A DNA stretch of 64,000 bases. It comes from Octopus vulgaris (lineage: Eukaryota). Under the pieces are notes generated by a model, which was not told where the DNA came from, searched no databases, and was given only the letters and a program-made list of their open reading frames with translations. Made by a program: the position numbers and the translations under genes. The stretch covers positions 57,722,001-57,786,000 of the forward strand of contig OX597828.1 of NCBI GenBank assembly GCA_951406725.2, in the 5' to 3' direction. Of the stretch, positions 43,872 to 57,039 are shown piece after piece (the first letter of the stretch is position 1; each line of letters begins with the position of its first letter).

Positions 43872-45195
43872 CTCTCTCTTCTCTCTCTTTGTTGCGTTTG
43901 TCCCTCCTCTCTCTCTCTCTTCCTTTGCTTCTCTTTCTTTTCTTTTCCCTCTTCTCTGTCACGTGACTGTTGGCCGAAATCTGCCTTTCAGTTTCTGACC
44001 CTCGTCTTGTTAACATCGCTGTTTTCGTCCGCCACTATAAGGCTTTTTCCATTGCGCCAGAGAAAAAATTTGTTTGCTTGTTATCAGTCGTAGACACTGT
44101 TGTTTTCACCGTTAATGCTTCTGTATTTCATATTCCATTATTGTTTTTTGTTTTTTATATCTGTCCCTTTGCTGTCCTGGTGTTCGTATGCATTCGATCC
44201 TTCTTCCAGAAATCTACGCTTCCAGCTTAGTTTTTCTAATGCTCGTTGCTTGGTTTTTCTTGGAGGGCTGGCCGTGATCTAGTAATCTCAAGATTAATGA
44301 AATTACTACGATGATCCGGTTCTTGACTGAAGACTGAGGGTTTCGAATATTGTGTCGTCTTCTAAGAGTTATACGTTCTTGTCCATGTTGTATTTTTCTA
44401 CATACCTTAACATATATTCCAGGCGCCCCGTACCCCTTAACATTTATGTGAGCACATATTCTTAATAATTGGTACGACTCTCTTTGTCTCTCTCTCTCTC
44501 ATTTTACTTGATCTGTCCCCCCTCTCTCTTTTCTCTCTACTCATCCTCCTTTTCTTCTCTTTCCTCTGATTCTTTGGTCTAGTCTTCACTACCCTCCTAT
44601 TTCTTTGTCTCGCTCTGCACTCACAGGTCATTCTTCGACACCCATCCCTTCTCCTCTCTGATTCCTTCTTCTCTCTCTTTCTCTCTTTGTTGCGTTTGTC
44701 CCTCCTCTCTCTCTCTCTTCCTTTGCTTCTCTTTCTTTTCTTTTCCTTCTCTGTCACGTGACTGTTGGCCGAAATCTGCCTTTCAGTTTCTGACCCTCGT
44801 CTTGTTAACATCGCTGTTTTCGTCCGCCACTATAAAGCTTTTTCCATTGCGCCAGAGAAAAATTTGTTTGCTTGTTATCAGTCGTAAGACACTGTTTTTT
44901 CACCGTTAATGCTTCTGTATTTCATGTTTCTGTATTCCATTATTGTTTTTGTTTTTATATCTGTCCCTTTTGCTGTCCTGGTGTTCGTATGCATTATCCA
45001 GGAAATCTACGCTTCCAGCTTAGTTTTTCTAATGCTCGTGCTTGGTTTTCTTGGAATCTAGTAATCTCAAGATTATCAGCCGAAATTACTACGATGATCC
45101 GGTTCTTGACTGAGGGTTTCGAATTCTGTCCGTGTTTATTGTGTCGTCTTCCTAGAGTTATACGTTCTTGTCCATGTTGTATTTTTCTACATACC

Positions 45196-45199
<4 letters not shown>
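43872..45199. repeat. Head-to-tail ~795-bp-period duplication of an unclassified element within (TA)n
   Basis: 43872-44410 matches 44669-45199 with several indels; (TA)n on both outer flanks. Confidence 0.85.
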
Positions 45200-45278
<79 letters not shown>

Positions 45279-45309
45279 GTACGTATATGCGTGTGTATAA
45301 ATATATATG

Positions 45310-45590
45310 TATGTGGCTCTGTGGTAAGAACCTTGTTTCCCAGCCACATAGTTCCAGGTTCAATCCCACTGCATGACACCTTGGGCAAGTGTCTCCTTCT
45401 ACAGGCTTGGGCCGACCAAAGCTTTGTGAGTGGATCTAGCGGACGGAAACGGAAAGACGCCAGTAGCATGTATATATATGATTTGAAACTGACTTGTAAA
45501 TTGGAAGTCCACCTGAAGATTGTCGATTAGGACAAGAAACAATTGTAGTGGCTGTTTTTTTGACTTTTTATTAAAATTTTATGTCTCTAA

Positions 45591-45678
<88 letters not shown>

Positions 45679-45908
45679 CATACATACATACATACATACA
45701 TACGCGTGTGTGCGTGACTTTTCGTCTGTTTTTGTCCCCGATCACCGCTTGACAACCGGTGGTGGTGTTTTTACGTCCCTGTAACTTAACAGTTTGGCAA
45801 ATGAAAGAGACTGAATGAGTAAAGAATAAGTATAAGGGTCGATTCATTCGCCTAAAAAAAAATCTTCATGGCGATGCCCCAGTCAAAAGGACTGAAACAA
45901 GTAAAAGT
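45310..45908 (+). mobile_element. SINE-A with a hammerhead cassette in its internal (TA)n
   Basis: Head 45310-45462, insert ~45480-45598, tail 45715-45908. Confidence 0.85.
45509..45551 (+). ncRNA. Hammerhead ribozyme, type I minimal form with canonical core
   Basis: Stem I ccac/gtgg; CUGAAGA; stem II uuguc-gauuag-gacaa; GAAA; palindromic stem III ac-aauu-gu; predicted cleavage after GUA (45547). Confidence 0.85.
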
Positions 45909-45962
45909 TAAAAGATTATATGTGTGTGTGTGTGTGTGTGTGTGTATACATATATATATATG

Positions 45963-46010
<48 letters not shown>

Positions 46011-47357
46011 CCCATTAGGAAACACACATATGCATATGAATGTGTTAGTAAGCGTATACTTTTGAACGCGCGTGTATCTTAAAAGTATATGGGTAAGATA
46101 ATTAAATACACGTTTTCCCAGAGTTCGTAAGAAGGCTTGTGTGTTAAAAATGTTGTTAAGATTCAGCACCGCCCCAATATCATCCTCTCTATCCTCTTCA
46201 TCCTTTCCGCAAAGAATAATTAGATAAATAAATAAGTAAATGTTTCCACTTCTAGGTTCTACACATTCCCCAAACCCATCATCATTATCACTAAAATATT
46301 TACGAAAGTTACTACTAATACTACTGCCTTCACTACCACTCCACCAGTGCCCCTACCATAACTACAACCACAAAACTATCACCATCTGCTACAATCACTC
46401 TTACCAACGCAACCACTTTCACCATCACTATCTTTATCAAAACTACTTCCACCAGCGTTACCCTCATCACCAACACTAACATTAACACCACCTGTCACCA
46501 ACTACCACCGCCATTACTTATGTTACCTAGCCACACCACCACCACCAGCCGAGCGTCCACCATCTGTCCAAACCGAAAGAGCCACCTCCATCCTTTACCC
46601 ATAACAAGCATCATCATCATAACCCGTATGAATAAAACCAGTAACCTCTGATACCAAACACCATGAAAAAAAACTATCTCTACCACCACCACCACCACCA
46701 TCATCATTTACGCCAAAACCCCTATCACCGATCCCTTTCCCAAAAACTACCACCTACACCAGCTCCGCCAAACCACCACTTTTACCATGTAAGTACTTAG
46801 ACTATTAAACGAGCGACATATTCTACAGAGACTGGGGAGGCGTGGGGGGGGGGTAAAGACTCTGTGTCCAACTCTCACATGTTTTCGGGTTGACCTGATT
46901 TGAGATGATTCTAAAAACTAAATGAAAAATATCAAAGGAATGATGGAACTAAAAATGGTAAACTAATTCCCTTGCTTAGCAGTCCTGTCAGCCAGTGTCT
47001 CAGAGATTCCTTCTAATTCGCCTGATTTGACGGGGCTTTGGGTAAGATTGTCACACACACCCCTAAGCACGTATACACCTATAGAAAATACAGCAAGTAC
47101 TTTAAACAAATACCGCACGTATACACATACAAAATAATGTTCATACTGAGATAGAGAGAGAGAAAGAGAGAGAGGGGGGACAGAGGGAGTGACACAGAAA
47201 CAGAGGGAATATACATACATACTCTAAACCGGCAACTTCTTATCAATTTAATATTTCTCTTGTCATTCATTGCTTCTGTTACCCACTTAAAAAGCCAAAT
47301 CATTTCGGGTGGCGAAGAAAACGAGGCGAAAGAGACAATCTTTATTACAATACGACT

Positions 47358-47439
47358 ATGTGGTGTCTCGCTTCGGTTTTGCTGTTTTTCACGGGGTTAC
47401 CCTCTTACGGCAGCGAAAAAACTGAGAATGAAAATTTAT
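47358..47439 (+). CDS. Candidate first coding exon with signal peptide (MWCLASVLLFFTGLPSYGSEKTENENL+T), phase-1 donor
   Basis: ATG with A at -3, hydrophobic h-region, SYG-S cleavage-like site, consensus donor T|gtaagt; CpG-containing unique sequence. Confidence 0.5.
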
Positions 47440-47584
47440 GTAAGTGAAAGCATGCTGTTAAATATGTTGTTTCGATTTTGTTTACTTAACGTTAATTCAT
47501 TTTAAATGAAGATAATATGGTTCATCCATCTTTTTGCTGCCAGATTGTTCGCTCTCTCCGGTTACACGAGAGAACGGCATGCAT

Positions 47585-47775
47585 GCATACATACATACAT
47601 ACATACATTCATACATACATACATACATACATACATACATACATACATACATACATACATACATACATACATACATACATACATACATACATACAGAGAA
47701 GCATGCATTCTTATACATACATACATGGAAACACATGTATACATATATATAAATATATATGCATAATATGTGTGC

Positions 47776-47813
<38 letters not shown>

Positions 47814-48003
47814 TAAAAGAGAGAGAGAAAAAGAGGAGAGATAGGAGGCGCGGTCAAACAGACAGACTGGCCGACAGGAAAATCGTGGGGAGGCTAGCAA
47901 AATGTTCGATGTTTATATATATATACACACAGGCACAGACATATGTGAAGACAAAATTTTGAATAACATGTATATTCCACTATCTACCTCTCTGTGCATA
48001 CGT

Positions 48004-48035
<32 letters not shown>

Positions 48036-48045
48036 TGTATGTATG

Positions 48046-48129
<84 letters not shown>

Positions 48130-48336
48130 GTGTGTGTTTATAATTGCAGCCTACTAAGTCGGCATACTTGGAAGTGGTCAGACTGCATGTGCACGGGAAC
48201 GAATCATGTATTCGTATCCTTCTTGATATGTCTCTATATATACATATTTGTATGTACTTATATATGCATGCATATGTACATCTGTATATATATATATGTG
48301 TGTGTATATATATATATATTTATATATATACATATA

Positions 48337-48433
<97 letters not shown>

Positions 48434-48471
48434 ACATATATATATATATATTTATATATATACATATAAAC

Positions 48472-48506
<35 letters not shown>

Positions 48507-48560
48507 CATATAAACATATATATATATATATATTTATATATATACATATAAACATATATA
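47585..48560. repeat. (CATA)n, (GA)n and (TA)n microsatellite-rich block with a higher-order tacatataaaca(ta)n unit
   Basis: Seen directly. Confidence 0.9.
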
Positions 48561-48938
48561 TACATATACATACATACTGACATACATGCACATAGATATA
48601 TGTGTGTGTGTGTGTACGAATTATTGCATTGCGTGTACATCAGACATGTGTGCGCATGCAGGCCTATATTTATAAATGTTTACAAAGACAACACAGATAT
48701 TTATACACATGTAAGTGACTGAGTGGGGCACGATTCTTGCTGTTTGTGCATTTAAACAACACAGACTGAACCATGTTACACTTTAAACTGACGTTCTGAA
48801 TCTAATGTCACTGATAAGAATTTCTTTTTTCTCTCTCTCTGTTCATACATCATTGTAGTATAAGATGCACGCACACATACACACATACACGCATGCATGC
48901 ATACATACCTACATACATACATATATGTGCGCGTGGCC

Positions 48939-48978
<40 letters not shown>

Positions 48979-49076
48979 CAAGGACAGAAGGAAACATAAT
49001 AGATTGATAGATAACGGACAGATATAGATTTATACACAGATATATATATACATATATATGCATATATATACATACA

Positions 49077-49174
<98 letters not shown>

Positions 49175-50684
49175 TGTATGTATATATATGCGTATATATG
49201 TATATACTACATGTATAGAGGTATATATATTATACATATATTTATATGTATTTATACATACATGTGTGTCTGTATATATGTTTATATATGTATGTATAAC
49301 CATATACATACATATATACGTATGTTGAGAGAACGGTAGAATCTACTACGTCTGCTCATGTTTGTTGTATGTGTATTAGCAGACAGGTGCACAGTAAGTA
49401 GCTTTCAAGTCATTGATAACTGGTATCTCCACAGCTCTTTTTTTAGATATATCATCAACGTCGTATACACATTATATCATGTTGTTTAAAAACATGTTTT
49501 TTGAACAGACATTTTTTAACCACTCTGTATTGTACATTGTACCGCTTTAAACAGGTTATAAATTATATATGTAATCGTGGAATATTAAAGTACAAGTTGG
49601 AATAATGATATGACATGAAGTGGGATGTTATCTACTAATGTGCTATCAGTATGGTAAAGCTAAACTGGAAATTTATAATAAAATGTTTAACGCCACATGA
49701 AATTTAAATAGAAATAGATCCATTTAAGATGTGCGAGGAAGTACCTTTCACTGAATTCCAAACTGAACCGGCTCTTTATTTACAAATACATCTAACTATT
49801 GGTTATGTTTGTTTCAATCTCTAGTTCAACAGTTGTAGTGCAGAGTGAGCTATGAAGAAAAGGGTTAGTGTAGTTAACACCCTGTTCTTGTTTATAAATA
49901 ACTACATTTACGTTAATTGAGTTGGGCTCATTTCCGACAGTCAGTTGTGATGTGAAGGACAAATGGTTACTATTTCTAGTAGTTTGAGAAATACATAGTC
50001 TCTTCGTTCTTAGCTTCTTTTTAGTATTGCTGTATATAATACATAGAATAAAAATCGTGGAATATTAAAGTACATGTTGAAATAATGATATGACATGGAG
50101 TGGAACGCTATCTGCTAATGTGCTATCAGAATTGCTAATTCGCATTAAATTCTGAAAATTCAAAAAACGATTGTAATAACTTTGACAACACGATTTAGTT
50201 TTCAAATAATGCATCATTTAGATTGTAATTCATGATTATGCCTAATAAGATAATATACTGGAAAATTATTATTTGCGCATGAAATCTTCAAGTTATTCAA
50301 CGGGAAATTTCTTTAAAATTTCTTTAAAAATATCATTTCCGCTCGAGCAAATGTTATCAACTTCATGTATTAACGATTGATAAACTATATTGATTTGTTA
50401 ACAGTTACTTGATGCTATTTCCGACGGTTAATTAAACTGAGATATTGCCAAAAGAAAGCGCAGTCTGTCTAGACTACAGTGAAGATCGGCATACAACTTA
50501 AAGCAATGCATTATTCATTTCGGTCCTGCATGGTATGTCAGTTAGGGTACATCTTTAATCTTTAGTGTTGATGATAATATTTCCAACACTTAGGAACATT
50601 TGTCTTTAAATGTTATGAAAATTTGCTTTAAACCCACTTTATCACCGCTACTTTATTATCTCCCCTTCTTCCTAGCTCTGCTAT

Positions 50685-50870
50685 GTGACCCCATGATAGA
50701 TCGCTAGCCACTACGCATTATTTTCTCTCCTTGTTTCTTCCTGTGTTCCTTTCTGTGGAAGAGCGTAGGCTCGAAACATTAAAGACTTTTTCACTTCCCG
50801 AGCGTTAAACTAATACATCACCTGTGGTGTGTGTGTCTTCGTCTTTTGTTTTTTTGTGACTTCTTCCTAT
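50685..50870 (+). mobile_element. Penelope-type cassette with variant hammerhead (50748-50785)
   Basis: cttt-CTGTGGA-a-gagcgtaggctc-GAAAC-att-aaag; ends in (TA)n; same family as 61553-61740. Confidence 0.65.
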
Positions 50871-50910
50871 ATATATATATATACATATTTACATACATAC
50901 CTTTGTGTGT

Positions 50911-50967
<57 letters not shown>

Positions 50968-52167
50968 GCTTATCTCATATAAATATATATGTTAATCTGC
51001 TTTCTGTTACAGGCATAATACTTGAATATCTTTTGTTAGTGGGGAGCGGGGAGTTGGCTTGTCGATCACATCGATTCCAGAGCTCGACTGGTACTTATTT
51101 TGTCGAGCTCGAAAGGATGAAAGGCGAAGTGAACAACAGTAGCATTTGAATACAAAGCATAAAGCCGGAGGAAATATCGCTGAACATTTTACCCAACGCA
51201 TTGATGAATTCTACCAGCTCAGTCACTGCTTTAAACTTCTACGTAAATACCCTAATCTCTTTAGTCGCTGGATTAATGTATGTTATCGGTCAGCATTGAA
51301 AACGTGCTTTATACATGAAACATTTATGGAGGTGGGTAAGCGATATGATCCATTTTGGTCTTGACTTACACAAATTTTATTGAATCTGGAGGAGAGTCAA
51401 ATTCGGTTCGGTTTAAGCTCAATAATACAACACAATTATTTTCTGTTCTTAGCACAGCATCGCAAAATTTGGAAGAAGTAAATGTTATATCAACTCAGTA
51501 CTTCCGTGTTTGTTATATTATTAGCACAAGAAGGAGGATAGGTTGATCGAAGCGATATTTGATATGTAAAGAGTCACTTTGAAATACGGATAAGGACATT
51601 TCAAAGCCTTTCGGTTGTTTTTTTTTTAAATCATGAACACACACACACGCAATCACTCACACACAAACAAACAAAAACAAAATATACTTGTGCAGATACG
51701 CAAGCGCACATATAGACATTCAAATACAGATATGAACACCCAAAATCTCCTACATGTATGAATAAACTTTTATACATATATATATTCATATACATACAGA
51801 TTTCACCTTTGAGAGAGTATAGTCTTCAACTGAAAAATATGAAATGTCTGTAAAATACAGTGTTACAATATATAACCTAAATCGTGACTACGAAAACATC
51901 TGGGATGCTATGTTAAAAATCCTGCAACACATTGACATTCATGTTGCACAAATGTTTTTGTAACAACAACTGCATACAATAAATAAAACTGTTTAATACG
52001 CATGACAATAATGTTTATATTGAAGACCTCCAGAGATACTGTAACATTCTACTCCTTGTTAACAATTGAGGTGTCTTTTACGGTGGAGGTTGATATATTC
52101 ATTTCTTTTGAGTTATTTAAATGTGTAAGTTATAGCGCTTTACGACTCCGATAAAACATACAGTGTC

Positions 52168-52500
52168 AGGCACCTTGGGCAAGTGTCTTCCACTATAGCC
52201 TCGGGTCGGCCAAAGCCTTGTGAGTGGATTTGGTAGACGGAAACTGAAAGAAGCCCGTCGTATATATATGTATGTATATCTATATGTATGTGTGTGTATG
52301 TGTTTGTGTCTGTATTTGTCCCCCCAACATCGCTTGACAACCGATGCTGGTGTGTTTACTTACCCGTAACCTAGCGATTTGGCAAAAGATTCTGATAGAA
52401 TAAGTACTAGGCTTACTAAGAATCATGGGGTCGATTTGCTCGAGTAAACGCGGTGCTGCAGCATGGCCAAAGTCAAATGACTGAAACAAGTAAAAGAGAG
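52168..52500 (+). mobile_element. SINE-A, 5'-truncated
   Basis: Begins at ggcaccttgggcaagtg; full tail. Confidence 0.88.
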
Positions 52501-52591
52501 TAAAAGAAAAAGAGTGTCTTTCTCCCTCTATTTATATGTGTATATCTTTACATGCACGTGCTCATTTGTGTGTGTGTTTACTTGTCTCCAG

Positions 52592-52758
52592 TGTCAAGAC
52601 ATAACTTCCGCCAACATAGGTCGATAGCCCAGTCAGACGATCTGGATCATCATCGTCGAAACCGCCTCGCCCTGTTATCTCACTCTGTCGCACTTACTTT
52701 CTCAACGATATACGAAGTACAATTATTTAAGCAAGTGTTTGCACTCCAAACAGACTGA
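52592..52758 (+). CDS. Possible downstream exon (xSRHNFRQHRSIAQSDDLDHHRRNRLALL...)
   Basis: Acceptor ttacttgtctccag; only the phase-1 frame is open; no strong donor, stop at 52756-52758. Confidence 0.25.
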
Positions 52759-53384
52759 TATTATGTAACTTCATATTGTATTATCTACGAATTCCGTACG
52801 AGGTAATCTCCAGTAATTATTCCTCCATAAGTCCTAAAATTAAGATAAAATTCGAAGAATAAGCCTTACCAGTTCTTATGACTAATAATCCAATAATTCC
52901 ACTTTGACTAACAATATGATACGTGTATACTCTTACAGTAGGAAACAATTTAAATGATGCCGTACAAATATATTTTTTTTCATACGATATGAAATTTGAT
53001 AACTGAATAACATTGTTTAGTTATCGTTGAACAGAGAACACGCTAAAGATAACACTGGAATGCATTTTTATGTAAACATGTTTGTTTTGTTTTGTTTTTT
53101 TTTCTTCCTTGAACTCTAGAATTCATAAGGCCAGTTACCCGTATACGTGACCAAGATCACAATATTTTCCTCAACATGATGCAGGTTCGTTGTTCGGTTC
53201 AAGGCCAGCAGTTTTGAAGTGAGTTTTTAAGAAGGAAAAACCTATACTAAAGTAAAAAAAAACGATGGGCATAAAATTAGCAGTTGACAATTGCGAAGGA
53301 ATACCGTTCGCATCCTGCTTAAATATGCATCCTGCTTAAATATGCATCCTGCTTAAATATGCATGTATGTATAAAGACTCTTGA

Positions 53385-53650
53385 TTACGTCGGTCACGAA
53401 TGACCATGGGTGCACCTAAGAGGTTCCCTTCTGGGGTACAAGTCTGGGCGGAAAGTCGCCTCACCAGCGAACACACAACCTAGGGTTGTTTTTATGGAAG
53501 ACCAACAGTCACCCATGCATAACAGCCTCCCCTCTCCACGCCACACATGTTATCCAAGGGAAAAAGGCAAAGGGGCCGATACAGCTTGGCAGCCGTGAAG
53601 TCGCAACCACTGAGTGAAATGGAGCAACGTGAAATAAAGTGCATTGCTCA
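53385..53650 (-). mobile_element. SINE-D-related element
   Basis: Minus-strand ttgagcaa..actttatttcacgttgctcca matches the body at 21500. Confidence 0.55.
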
Positions 53651-54109
53651 ACACGAACTATTCTTTCGAAAAACGAAAGACACAATTGGAAAACAAAACA
53701 AACAACATAAAGAACGACCCTTAATTAGTTGTTGGCTGTTTTTCTAGTCTCGGATTTCGAGCATTTAATAGCAATATACACTTTCCATAAAACAGTTACT
53801 CCGCAAAGCAAATTAAATAAAATTTGGGATTTTCTGGAGGGTCAAAATAGGTAACGCAAACAGGACAGTGAAAACAATCAGGAAGGGCTGCTAAGCCTAA
53901 ACGAGGTTGTGGTAGTGAATGTGTAAATTAAGCTTGGACACGAGACAAACAAGAACACGTCTTCCTTGTTCTAACTAGAACGGAGAGAAAGAAAGAAAGA
54001 TGGCTGATGCTCACGTGGGAGCCACGTGAACAGCGGAGGATGAGTGGGGAATAGAGACTGATGGAATAATAGGATAGAATAGTGTGAGTAGAGGAGGTAA
54101 ATGAATAAG

Positions 54110-54880
54110 AGAGTACGCAAGACCAAGTGTACTGGGAGCTTTATTAATCACGACGACCTTTTCAGCTTACTTCTCTACTCCTCCCTATTCGGTGGGGAAC
54201 GATATACTAGAATCGAATGTACCGCATACTACAGAAGAAACCTCGGCAGGTTACATAATACACTTCAGTGTTATAAGATGTACATTTCGCTAATATGTGC
54301 GTTTGTAGCATGCGTGTGTTTGGAGGAGTTCGAAAATACATTAATGTGACAAGATGTGTGTATATATATATACACACACACGTGTATATGTGCTTACTTG
54401 CAATTCGGTTAGGTTAGGATATTGAGACAGGCTATTCACCAAGTCTAAACACGTGAACCATATCCTCACCATATTCTCGACCAGGAATGACACACATGAC
54501 CAGCCATCGAAGCACTCCACAACCTTTAGACTGCCTTTCATTCAAAAGCTATACTCACCTTCCAATTCATTCTTTGCCTTAGACTTTTGTATTCTTTACC
54601 AAACACTCCCCGAATTTACACCAGTCCTGCTGCTTCATTAATGTATTATTGAACCACTACAAACACACGTATGCTACCAACATCAGCCTGCCATGCATTT
54701 TAGCGGAGTCTATTATGTAACGCTGAAGTCTATTATATAAGCTGAGGAAGTTTCTTCTGCACTCTGAGGTGGATTTGATTCCATTATGTCGTTCCCGACC
54801 CACGAGGGGGCAGTGCAGAAGTAAGCCGAAACGACCGTTGTACTTAATAAAGCATCCAGTACACTTTGTCTTCCGTATCA
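54110..54880. mobile_element. Penelope-like derivative with inverted terminal repeats; hammerhead at 54738-54846 (+)
   Basis: 54110-54346 inverts with 54636-54880; taag-CTGAGGA-long stem II (cttctgcact/agtgcagaag)-GAAAC..GTA-ctta then AATAAA. Confidence 0.7.
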
Positions 54881-56024
54881 ATCATTTAAAATATCATAAA
54901 CCTGCACCGAGCAATTCATTACGTAGATCCTGCGACAAAAGTGAAGTAGCGCGGATAAGGTTTGGCAGTCGTAAGTGGTTCACTTGGTCTGCAGGCACAT
55001 TACTAGGTACATACTCATATATATGTATATGTGTGTGTGTGTGTGAGTGTGCGTATGTGTGTATATATATATGTGTGTGTGTGTTCCTCTGAAGAGGGCT
55101 TATAGAACCGAAACAAGTGTCTGAATATGCTATAATACTCACAAAGATCAGATATACTTTTCATTCCATCACATATTCCATTCATTATAATTAAAATTTC
55201 GGATTTGCCGTCTGTTTTCCCAGAATTAGTCATTTGGGTAATTGATTATTCATATCAGTAAAATTGTAATTACAATTAATTAAAATTCTTGATTTGCAAC
55301 ATCAAGTCATCCACTTTACCATTGAGCTTTGGTGCATCGGGCTACCCCGAGTATTTTCACGGCTGTTTTCTTCAAACAGGTATTGTTTGAATTTTCGTAG
55401 TAAAGGCATTTATCCCTCTAATCAAATCAATAGTTGCTAATAAGCAGCATATTTAGATGCAGTAGTTGATGTTTAAAGATAAAGCTGGGCATTATTGATG
55501 ATTGTGATGAAGTGAATTTTGCCTTCGGAGATCTGATTAGGCCACGCGAATCAAGGTTATTTTTCTCTTCAATTAGTTACACAAGTCTGCATGACCAGCC
55601 TAAATTTTAATTTCTCGTTAGCTTCTACAGTATAAAGATAGAAACAGCTGGACAAGATACAAAACGTAAAACGTAACTGATTACCAAAAATAATTGGTAG
55701 ATGAAAACTGCCTTGTATATCACGAAAATAAAATGAACAGATTGCAGCAGTAATTAAACCAACACAAGCAATATTAATGCATTAATATCGATCGCAAGCA
55801 TGGATACAAAAGAAACATTTCGAAATTCTAACTACAGCATTGTAATATTTAATACTGAAACATTATGGTATCTAAATTAAGAAACAAATAGGGGAGTGTG
55901 TTTGAAATGCTAAAATATTTCAATCACTTGAAATGCTATCTAAGGAAAAGTGACTGTAGACGAAATTGGTGGATTACAAATGTAGTTTGTAAATCGTGAG
56001 ATGCTATTCACAATGTATGTCGAT

Positions 56025-56285
56025 GTCATCATCATCATTGTTCGACGGTGGTCGAGACAATGGAATTTATTATGCTACGCCAGACTTCCCGGTCCATCAT
56101 AGCATTACGGAGGTCCTGTTGCTGGATGCTTGTATCCCTGGAGATTACATCAGGGTAGGAGAGTGTGCGCCCTCTGGTATCGCGAGTAGATGGCTTCCAG
56201 AGGAGAAGAATAGAAATTACCTCGTTTTCAGCTCTACAACAATGTCCAGCAAACTGGACTCTCCTACCTTTCGTCGATGTGGGTG
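56025..56285 (-). mobile_element. RTE/RTEX-like LINE 3' end
   Basis: RRVQFAGHCCRAENEVISILLLWKP...AMMDREVWR, stop, then (tga)n tail. Confidence 0.8.
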
Positions 56286-56354
56286 GCATGAGCTTGAGGT
56301 TAATTTTTTGTACGGTGCTATAGAGTATATGTTTCTCTTATTAATAAAAAAAAC

Positions 56355-56818
56355 ACGAAGTAACCAACACAAAGTTCTTGAAACAGGCAGCACTCTCGAG
56401 AATAAAAGCCATCGTGTGCAAAAGGAGATTAAGATGGCTTGAACGTGTGAAGTGGATGAATGACAACAGAGTTGGCTCAGGGCAGTAGACGCAGCGGACG
56501 AACAAAGTTGCGACCTAAAGACACATGTAAAAGCAACCTGACCAAGCACCACATTGTTGAAAAGACCAAGTGCCACATTGTTGCAAAGTTAGCTGAAGCG
56601 AGAACAGCATGGAAAACCCCGGTGAAGAAAGGAGTCAAACAGCTCGCTCGAGGAAGAAGACATCCCGGCCCTCAAAACAAAACACCAGAGAAAGAAAGAC
56701 AACACACTGCAACCCTGCAACAGGTTACTTGCTTGCAGATTTTGCAGCAGAACTAGCTGGTCAAACATAGGAAGGATTTGCCATGAGAGAAGATGAAGGA
56801 AGAAGACTACGACTACCT
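56355..56818 (+). mobile_element. RTE-BovB-like LINE 3' end
   Basis: RRLRWL, ELAQGSRRSGRTKLRPKDTCKSNL, LAEARTAWK; short tandem tail gactacgactac. Confidence 0.75.
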
Positions 56819-57039
56819 AATTAAGACATTTTAAGACGTAAATAACTTAATCACAAAATACAAAGTAGGAATTGAACACAAGTGTACATATATGTGTGCA
56901 AGTGGGCATGCGCCTTTGTAAATAGGGGAATACATGTGTGCGTGTGTGTGTGGAGAGAGAGAGAGAGATACAGAGACAGACAGACTGAGAGAGAAAGAGA
57001 GACTGTCAGAAATAGAGATAAAGAAAAACATATTACAGA

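Noticed and set aside
46280-46790. His/Thr/Pro-rich ORFs here and at 13358 and 25690
   Set aside because: Degenerate (CAC/CAT/CAA)n low-complexity tracts with stops in the surrounding frames.
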